A DNA stretch of 63,448 nucleotides, the filler included, from Hyphochytrium catenoides (lineage: Eukaryota; Protista; Hyphochytriomycota): assembly GCA_900088475.1 (NCBI GenBank). It is 12 parts of 12 records of this genome, joined end to end, with 100 filler letters (N's around TTAATTAATTAA, not from the genome) between each part and the next. Parts side by side here need not be neighbours in the genome. Positions count along the whole stretch, not along the records: positions 17,578 to 35,869 come from FLMG01004694.1; 11 more parts are not named here. One strand, 5' to 3'. The notes beneath the pieces are model-generated. The model was given only the letters and a program-made list of their open reading frames with translations, had not been told where the DNA came from and did not search any database. This document shows positions 22,901 to 31,394 of this stretch, one piece after another; position 1 is the first letter of the stretch, and each line of letters starts with the position of its first letter. The position numbers and the translations under genes were made by a program.

Positions 22901-25865
22901 AGCATTTTCTGGCCTTTCAATGTCTCAAATATGCTCACAACGCAAGGGCCAGCACCAAGAGACCCCTCGTTGATATCCTTTAGACAAACCAGGCGGTTGT
23001 CCTCAGTGTAGACGAACAACTTTTGTCCGGGGGCATCTCGATTATCCTTCATCACAATGCGGTGCCTTCGTACCGATCCATATTGATTTTCAGTGTCCGT
23101 GTATTCTTCCACCTCCCACACCTTACCCGCGTTGTCACTACGAATCTGTATAGGAATGTTTCTTGGAACTGGAATCTCGCGGAAGAAGCATTCTATCCAT
23201 TCATTCTGGTAATTCCGCTCGTAGCGTGTGGCTTGAGGATTGACCGGTCCATGGTCTAGGTACCTACCAGGCCAGTAGACTGATTGGGCCACCTGATGGT
23301 TGCCAACAGTGTAGATCCTCCACCACCACCGCCTGTGACTAAGGTCGTTGGTGTCTTGCAGGCTAATGGCCTTGCCATCATCTCCAATAGATACATACTT
23401 CCCCGTTCTAGCGTTCTGAATGACCCCTGCGGAGTACCATTTGTCCCCAATCATGCGCCACCACTGGTATGGGTCCTTAGCATCATCCACCTTACGGATA
23501 AAGTTATTCTGATCGTTAGTAGCTAGGTACTCCTTGTCCCAACACTTGATCCGGAAGAGGGGACCCTTCCATACTTTCTGATCGAGCTTGTAGTAGATGA
23601 TATCGAAGTATTGGTTCTCTGATCCGTTAAACTCATAGGTTCCCAGTTTAGCATTACGCGCATCAAGAGCTCTTGAGGTGTCTTTTCTAAGAATACGCCC
23701 ACTGTCCCACACTTGGACCTGGCGCCATGGCTTGAATCCGTCATTAGCTATCCTATTGTACATCATAATCCCTTCACCATCGGGTACGTTGTCACCAACG
23801 TCCATGACGACCTGGTTTGACCCACCTTTCTGCTCTGTGGACCACTGGTGAAGAATGTGGGGTGAAGTCACATCAATCTTCCATTTTTGATATAAGTCAT
23901 CTTTCTCAGGAGGTTTACATGTCTTGCGGCGCAAGTAACGCTTGTCACCTGAGCATGTGTCCCCAAAGCCACACCAGTCCGTAGCAAAGAGGCACTCACT
24001 ATGAGGGACAGTCCGGATGATAACGTCAGTGTTGGGGACATCGAAGAACGCAGCATCATACCGAAGCTGAGGTATCATGTGGTTTAAGCTTGGGAGGTAG
24101 TGAATGTTGAATCTTTGCGCTTCACTTCCGTTCGCTGTTTACCTCTGTAGTACCGTACCATCTGCTGACGAGTTCTGCGGCACGTCAAACACCTTACCAT
24201 TCGCGCCACTGCGGAAATAGTTGTCGTAGTAGCTCCAGACCTCATTCCAGTCGCCGTAGTTAGCGTCCCATAACAGAGGGCCGTGATCTGAACCCCCTTT
24301 GTTGACCGCCATGGCGTTTAGAGAGTGTAGGAACAACAGTCCCCAATCATTCATCCTCCAGTAAAACATAAACTCTGCAATGAGCGCTGGAACACCAAGC
24401 ATGAGCTTAGAGTCTTTATTCATGCTCTGGGTACGTACGAACTTGCCACTACCCCGGTGTTCAATAAAGAGTGGTACGGCAAACTTCTGGTTAAATGTGT
24501 AGTTGATAGGGTGTACTTGCATGGTCACGTCCTCTGCCGTTCCACCAGGTATGTCCATTACCAAGTCCGGGTAGTCTGTTGCAATATAGCCCTTCGCCGT
24601 GAAGTAGAGCCTCTGGTTTCGGTTACTATAGTCATGCTGAACCCCTCGAAGCTTCTTAGCACCCTTCCCGTCACAGTCTATGGCTAGATAAGGATAAGGC
24701 ACACTCTCCTAATGTAAGGTCCATCGTTCCACCACCGCTGTTGCATGTTACCTCCTGTGAAGTCCTGCTGCTTGATGTCACTTCCGCTACTGTTCCCTGT
24801 AAGAGTGAGATACTTACCCTGAGCTGTTCGAATAAAGAAGTATGAGAGGTTAGGGATAGCAAGGCTCTTATACTGAATGTTAAACCATTGGTTTGTGTTG
24901 GACACGCCACAAGTCCATGCGACGGGGTTATTAGGTCCAGAATCAAGAAGCTTGCCAGGCCAATAGGCGCTTTGAATGCTCTGGTGATCGTCCTTCGTGT
25001 AGATACGCCACCACCAGCGTCGTTCAGCAGCATCGCCAGTACCAATGCTTACGGTTTTTCCGTCATCCTCCAGCTTTATATACTTACTGGTTCCTAAGTT
25101 CTTGATGAGCACAGCACCATGAGCTCCATTACCTTCAGCCAGCCATAGTTGGTTTCTGTTCTGTTCATCCAAGGCCATCTTGTCAATATGCGTACCAGCT
25201 CCGTTAACACCGAGATAGTTCCCATTCCAGCATCGAATCATAAAGGGCACATCCCGGAGCGTTCGCTGCTCCAGTCTATAGTAGACGATATCCCACTTTT
25301 GGTCTGCTCCACCACTGTATTGCCACAGGTAGACACGGTCAGTGTTATCACCTGCTGAGACACACTGGTTGGTGCCAGGCTTCACCATGAGCCCGCTGTT
25401 CCAAAACTCAATCTTGCGGTGAGCGGGCTGGTCGCCACGGTAATAGTTGCGTACCGCGGTGCCGTCTTTGCCATCAGCAGTGTCCATAACAATGTATTTG
25501 TCTTGAGGAGTCTCCATGTTACTGTACTCATGCAACACCTCCTGACTGCGGGGCCAAATACGCCACTGGTAGTAGCTATTAATGTCTTTAAGCTCTCTAA
25601 ATGGTCGAACACGTATGAAGTGGTCTTCGCCACTACAGGTCATAGTGCCACCCAGGCGTGAGATACCACACCAGTTGTCTGCGTAAAGCATTTCATTATT
25701 GAAGACTGCCCGAATGGTAACCCATTGGTCCAGCACTTCGGACACAGGACCATCATTAGGCAATGTTAGAAAGCCCTCCTTCAACCCACTGTACGAAGGT
25801 CCGCGGGGTATGGAGGACGGAGACAATCTAAGGCTCCTTCCGGGTCTTCTTGGAGCGCCGGTCAC
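19968..25865 (-). pseudogene. Giant multi-lectin membrane protein (~9 ricin-B trefoils, MABP-like, A16/G9/J5-like Cys domain with inserted bulb lectin, stalk, TM), split into five ORFs
   Basis: ORFs 24684..25865, 24139..24702, 22252..24078, 20786..22255 and 19968..20858 join at a frameshift ~24705, an in-frame TAA 24139-24141 (VLQR*TANGSEAQRF), a frameshift ~22270-22290 and an 8-bp duplication at 20973-20988. QxW/QxF ricin motifs, MQEDGNLVIYD B-lectin motif, DLN/xIYLC MABP-like repeats, C-terminal TM. The 5' start is uncertain. Confidence 0.85.
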
Positions 25866-26034
25866 TCAGGCGGACACCTGGGCGGTTAATCATGGTCCCG
25901 TTACCAAAGGTCTGTTCCTTTATAGTTATGTCCTCTAAAAAAAAAACTATTTCAAACAAAGCGGAACCTGATTGCTGTTCTACTGATATTCCTTTTTTTC
26001 TCAGCTTAGAGTATACATAGTATTGCCAAGAAAG

Positions 26035-26388
26035 ATGGTCTTCCCATCCGACCCGGTTCGCGCACAGATGCTTGACCCAGCTTCGCAAAGCATGGGATCG
26101 GTTGAGACCCCTACGCTACCAAGACCAATAGCGCCGTTGCCTCAGGGACAATCAAGAAACGATTACCTTGCCATGAGGAACTCTTCTGAGGCCTTCGGGC
26201 ACCCGGTCCTTAGACCTAAGACACCTCTTCTTACACGGAAGAGTAAGATCATTGCTATAGTAGTGGTGGTTGTGATCTGTGTCATAGTGGCGGTTGTATG
26301 GGCCACCACCGTAGAGGACTTCGTTCCGCGCCTTATCCGTACCAAGAGTGAAGAGCTCGTAGCACCATTCCTACACAACAGGCAATAA
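26035..26388 (+). CDS. Small single-pass membrane protein, divergent from the lectin gene
   Basis: ATG at 26035 (MVFPSDP...); TM IIAIVVVVVICVIVAVVWA preceded by basic residues and followed by VEDF. Confidence 0.65.
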   Translation: MVFPSDPVRAQMLDPASQSMGSVETPTLPRPIAPLPQGQSRNDYLAMRNSSEAFGHPVLRPKTPLLTRKSKIIAIVVVVVICVIVAVVWATTVEDFVPRLIRTKSEELVAPFLHNRQ

Positions 26389-26478
26389 CTGCATGTTGCC
26401 GATAAGAAATGATTCAGAAAAAATATAATATCTCTTTTTGAAATAACAACCCTGAGGCAGTAAGACATTGCAAGACAA

Positions 26479-27375
26479 ATGGCTTTCGTCGACACCTTAA
26501 TTCTTGGTTGCCTAGTGCTCTTGCTCTTGGTACTCGTTTACTTTTCTTTGTCATCATCTCCTGCTGCCGCGACAGGTACCTGCAGTAGCTATGGCAGTCT
26601 GGCCGCAGGGAGCCCACCGTCTTCTGCTTCTGCTTCTGAGAAACATAACTACTTCAGTTGGGGCAACCTTCCTGAGTTCAAGTACGAGGGAGACTTCTCA
26701 GATGCAGTTCAGCGGACGTATGGTCGTGAGATTATGATCAATGAGTCCTTTTCTATCAAGGGTAACTCAGGGCAGTCTGTGAAGTGTTCAGCAACGAGGG
26801 GGACTCTGAAGTTCTCAGGTAGTAAGATGACCGGTCTCTTCATCTATCCAAACGCTCCGCTCCCACCAACTTCAGGTACTATCATGATCGAGTTCATGCT
26901 TGATGGTTGGGCATCCTACGCGGAGCCGCACTTCTTGGGTTCTGGAAATCCACCAAAGGTCAGGACAGCTGGGTACTCACACCCACGAAGTGAATCTCTG
27001 AACTATGTAAAGACACAGATCACCCTTGACAACCCGTCCCGGTTCCGTCGCTACCAGCTCCTGTCGAACAACACAGATGCTGCCACCAACTTCACCATTC
27101 TTGGAGCTAGGATGACCGTTATGGATTCTTCCACCGTGGCCTCTAAGACGTTTACTAGGTATCCCGACAAGAAGTTTGGTGGCGCCGTGGCTGCTGCCTA
27201 TGCCAACACAACAACATTGGATGCCTGTGAGAGCGAATGCAACCAGGATCCATTCTGTCAGGCCTACCGCTTCGACAGCGCAGCCACCACCTGTAGCCCG
27301 CATTACACAGCCGGCCCCACTGCAGAGGACCTGGTTGGTACTACCACTGGTATAGTCAGCAATCGTCTATTCTAA
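26479..27375 (+). CDS. Signal-anchored protein with C-terminal PAN/apple domain
   Basis: N-terminal hydrophobic helix; C-terminal TLDACESECNQDPFCQAYRFDSAATTC fits the PAN CxxxC-x4-C-x9-C pattern. Confidence 0.8.
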   Translation: MAFVDTLILGCLVLLLLVLVYFSLSSSPAAATGTCSSYGSLAAGSPPSSASASEKHNYFSWGNLPEFKYEGDFSDAVQRTYGREIMINESFSIKGNSGQSVKCSATRGTLKFSGSKMTGLFIYPNAPLPPTSGTIMIEFMLDGWASYAEPHFLGSGNPPKVRTAGYSHPRSESLNYVKTQITLDNPSRFRRYQLLSNNTDAATNFTILGARMTVMDSSTVASKTFTRYPDKKFGGAVAAAYANTTTLDACESECNQDPFCQAYRFDSAATTCSPHYTAGPTAEDLVGTTTGIVSNRLF

Positions 27376-27454
27376 GTCTCTCTCAAAGAAAAAAAAAACC
27401 CAGCCCATGCTGCGGAAAACTCCTCATCGTTTTTTTGGTCCACCATGGGACCTG

Positions 27455-28027
27455 CTACCCCTTAGTCCCGCGACGCGAAACTGTTGCACCTTCGGTGAAA
27501 CTCGCTTCGGCGTTCACCTTGGAAGCCTTTGGTTCAGCCTTTACCTTAGTGGCAGCCTTTGGTTCAGCCTTCACCTTAGTGGCAGCCTTCACCTTAGCAG
27601 CCTTCACCTTGGCAGTCCTTGCGGGAGCCTTCGCCTTGGGAGCCCTCGCCTTGGGAGCCTTACCCTCCGCAGCTGCTAACCTTTCGTACTCATTACGAAA
27701 GTGAGCTGGGAAGGCTTTGTCTTCAGCTTGCCATACAAGATAGCAGCCATCGACGGGGCAGGGCATAACAAGCGCTGAGTAGTTCTGCGTAAGTGCGTGG
27801 TCCATATGGTCGACCACACAGCTCCAACATACGACCTCTTCACACTTGGGGCACTCCACATTATTCTTGGTCCCATTACGCTTATCACACACGGCGCAAG
27901 GCATCTCGACGTCCTGATCTTCGCTATCGTAAACTATCTGTTCAAAGCAGTAAAGGTCAGTCATCTCATCGTATCTATCAATCGCAAATTCAAATTTGGT
28001 CTTATGATTATCCGTAAATAGGATCAA
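27455..28027 (-). CDS. RING-like zinc finger protein with histone H1-like Lys/Ala/Pro tail
   Basis: CAVC...CPKC...CWSC...CPVDGC, followed by KAPKARAPKAKAPARTAKVKAAKVKAATKVKAEPK repeats. Confidence 0.75.
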   Translation of the reverse strand: MILFTDNHKTKFEFAIDRYDEMTDLYCFEQIVYDSEDQDVEMPCAVCDKRNGTKNNVECPKCEEVVCWSCVVDHMDHALTQNYSALVMPCPVDGCYLVWQAEDKAFPAHFRNEYERLAAAEGKAPKARAPKAKAPARTAKVKAAKVKAATKVKAEPKAATKVKAEPKASKVNAEASFTEGATVSRRGTKG

Positions 28028-28774
28028 AGCGGGGTCATGGCCTCAGAGTACGAGTAGGCAGCATCGAAGCCACGGTTTTCGGGCTTCACTGCTTCTCGGA
28101 GTCGATCAACAGAGACTCTGTATTTGCCAATCTGCTCTACCTTGCTTAGGTCTGGAGAGCAGATGAAGATCTCGCCATGATAGGGCTCTAGGTTAACCGT
28201 TAACTTCTCGATATCGACATAAGTGTCAGGTCCTTCCTCTACGACTGGGAATGCGTCTACGTCTAAGTGGTTAATCTGCTCCGAGTCCAGCGTAGCGAAT
28301 GAAGGAACCATCTGGCCTAAAGTAACGTTCATAATGTATATGTCGGAACGAGTACTTGCCTAGAAAGACAATTATGGGCTCCTTGAGTTGATAGACGTTA
28401 AGGTTCATATCGAGATTGTACTCCAGAGCCATCCCCAGGGCTAGCAAGGGGTAGTTTGCAAAGTATGGTCCTCTCTTCTCTGTCTCATGGCAGAGCTTAG
28501 GATCTAGACATTCATCAGACTTAGTTGTTCTGTATAAGAAGGTGCCTTCAGGGATGACGCACGCCTCTAGAGAAGTATATGGCTTGCTGGGGTTCACAGG
28601 GATATCGCCATCAGAGGGTGCTTGGGTGGTCACTAGCCCTCCAAGTGGCTTCACCAATGTCCCTCCTACAACACCAGCAAGCAAGATTCCTAAGACCATG
28701 GTTCTTCGACTAAGTCTATACCTGGTAAGATATAAAAAAAATAGGACTAGTGAGACCATCGCCGCCACTGACAT
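28024..28774 (-). pseudogene. Frameshifted hypothetical gene, possible ADP-ribosyltransferase-like fold with N-terminal hydrophobic segments
   Basis: ORF 28271..28903 (IPEGTFLYR...PYFANY...GKYSFR) continues after a frameshift near 28290 into LDSEQINHLD...HGEIFI. Fold assignment is tentative. Confidence 0.45.
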
Positions 28775-28877
28775 CCAATTAAGTTCAGATAGAGCCAGTT
28801 CAATGCGCGCCGCCCCCCCTAAGACACTGGATGAACCCCGCTGGTGCTTGCTTATGGTGTTAGCAACTGCTGTTGGC

Positions 28878-29332
28878 TTATAGTACATTTTGGATGTTCT
28901 CAACTTGAGACAATTCTAGTGATGCTATCAATGTTTGTCGACACATCGGACACTTGTTTTCAGTTATACGACCACTGCACCCCTCGCACGCAACGTGAGA
29001 ATCAGCCGCGTGGTTGAAGGTCAGCGTCTTGGGCTTGTCCAGGCAAATGTTACAAGCATCGGCCGGAGGAGGCAACGGTTTTTGCGCACCACATTTGAAC
29101 TCGTGCTCGCGAAAACGATATCCCTGCAATTTGCACGAGTCCAGTCTCCCACACGGCGCGGAGGAGCAACCTTCTGGCCAGTGCGATCAATGTTACACTT
29201 GAAACATCTGCCTTTACGTCCATGGATCAGCATACGACAACCTCTACATGTCCAGTCACGTAGTACCATCGCGTTTGCTGGTAGTGGTTCCACGCCTTCA
29301 TGCGTAATAACACATGTAAGACATATATTCAA
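28878..29332 (-). pseudogene. Two RanBP2-type zinc fingers plus C-terminal RING (E3 ligase-like), frameshifted
   Basis: RDWTCRGC...RCFKC, then GDWTRANCRDIVFAS (TGT>CGT Cys loss). Frameshift near 29100 into FKCGAQKP and CNICLD...SHVACEGC...CPMCRQ. Confidence 0.75.
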
Positions 29333-31394
29333 TAGTAGGGTCTACAATAAGCTAAATCAGAAGCTACGTGACGTGTAAATATGAAACAGCCACGGACTTC
29401 CAAATAAGTTCAAATAGAGCCAGTTCAATGCGCCACCATCGGCCTCCAGAGCCAACCTAAGGCTAGCAACGGAAGCAATATAGCCCTCTCTTCTCCGTCT
29501 CCATCTCATGGCAGACGAGCATTCATCAAAAGACAGTGGTCTTTCTATTTGAATCCTCTATCTAGTAAGGCTAGTAAAGAGCTAAGTGGCGATGGCTGGC
29601 TCAAATCGTTTAGGAAAGTAACAAGTTAGAAAAATTGGTCGACGATGATAGAAGAAGCGATTTCGTTGTACGAAGGATGCAGGAGAGTCAGTTGAGCCGA
29701 TGATCAGTTGCTCGCTAATGATGACCTCTCGCAACTGATGACCTATGTGGGAAAACCGGACAGCCCCGGATCTGAGGATTTATGTGGACAACCCCCATGA
29801 GCTCAAGGAGCTGTGTGAGGGGAAGGCGAGTCGTGTGGTTGAGAATGTCCGGCGAGTCGCAGTGCGAACATCTCTACCCACTATTTGGACGCTGTTGATC
29901 ACAGGGAGAAGCTGGTGGCAGCGCTGAGGTCAGGCTGGAGGGAGTGTCAAAGCTTCACCTCGAAAGTGTCTGAAAAGCTGCCCGTATGACAGAGTATGGA
30001 TAAGCTGATCAGAAGCTACGTGACGGGGCTGCCTTGGTGGGTAAAGGCAGGGTCGGTCATGCTAGGCATAAGCAAAGGAAGCACGAATCTCAAATGGCAC
30101 ACCACGGGAATCGCCATAACTCTGCGCTGGAGTGGCAGTGTTTGATTGTCAAAACGGCGTTTGGAAGCCCTTTCTGAGAGCTTTCCAATTGATGCCGGTG
30201 GGTGCCTGATATCTTTGTTACGCGCTTCCTCAAGTGGCTATTCGAGTTGTCGCGCTTCCTCAACAACCAGCTCGCTACAGTTCTCTGCTTTATCGTTAGA
30301 TCTCTCATTTGTCGTTTTTTTATCCGTTACAATAAGTCGGAAGGGGATGCAGCACATCTTTTATAAAAAACGAGTTCATAAATCAGTGATCCAAAGCATC
30401 TTCCATTAATAATGCAGCCGAAGGCTGGATTACGCACTAATAACGTCGGGCGAGCCCTAGGCGAAGCCTAAAGCTATTGATACAGTTCTCCTAGCCCGGG
30501 ACCTCAAGCAGTCATATGCCTGGAGGTTCTGGGTTAGGTTCTTTTTTCATTGTAGTTCTGCTTGTAGTATGCACGGCTGCATGCATGATTGATAGTAGCC
30601 TTAGAACCAGCTGTGTGTCAAAATCTCCAGCTGGCTCCAGGGTTACTAAGTGACTGAGCAGGATTCCTAAAGAAATGGATCTATTACAGATTTGAACCAC
30701 AGTCACTTCTTTATTGTTCATGCTAACTATGTTACTTGTAGCACTGTGATAGTTTCAGGACGTTAACGGCCTAGTTCTCTAGGATAGTCAGGAGTAACCG
30801 CCCCCTACCTACCGAACAGGCGCCAGACTGTTTGGTAGGGACTTCACAACTTCCCAGATAACAGAGATTTAGCAGAGATTCTGGAGACCTTTGTGGAGTT
30901 GAGGATTGAGACCTAGTCGGAGACGGAGACGGATCTAGCCTACAAACAGGGTAGAAACGTACAACTACCACCAGACTTTCACGGCCAACCACCTGCAAGG
31001 TTGTCTAGCAACTGACATAGCTTAACCAATGACCAAACGGCCATGCGCGTTGCAAAATGAGACAGCAGGAGGCGGAGGGCTTTGGGGGTCATAACATTTT
31101 TATATATTTCCAGCCTCCAGCTAAGATGGAGGACCGGCAGGACAGCCACCCACCAGAGACAAGCTAGCAACAAAGGAAGATCAGAGTGATTCCAGGGGAT
31201 AGTTTCAAACTAGGAGGCTATGTGTAAGATGGATCGGAGGCTATACTGTAAAATAGGAGGCCACGTGCCATGTCAATATGTCAAACTAGGGGGTTATATA
31301 CTCTTTTATGAATTTTCATTTTGACAACCAAACCCGTTTACACTCGTTCATAGAGAGGCTTGACAATACATACAGACTTGTACCAGTAAGTTTA

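Larger units (their letters stand above)
17852..30030. mobile_element. Putative endogenous giant-virus (Nucleocytoviricota-like) fragment, decaying; boundaries approximate
   Basis: Tightly packed intronless ORFs, short A-tract spacers, no CT/AG microsatellites. A16/G9/J5-like Cys domain, PAN, RING and RanBP2 fingers. At least six disabling mutations. No core viral marker (MCP, PolB, A32) visible. Confidence 0.6.

Noticed and set aside
24139-24141. Stop-codon reassignment or programmed recoding in the lectin gene
   Set aside because: Only one in-frame TAA; TAA ends neighbouring genes normally, and the frameshifts are heterogeneous with no shared slippery motif. Decay is simpler.
29620-29990. 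Possible further decayed gene on the + strand
   Set aside because: Coding-like fragments in shifting frames but no recognisable family.
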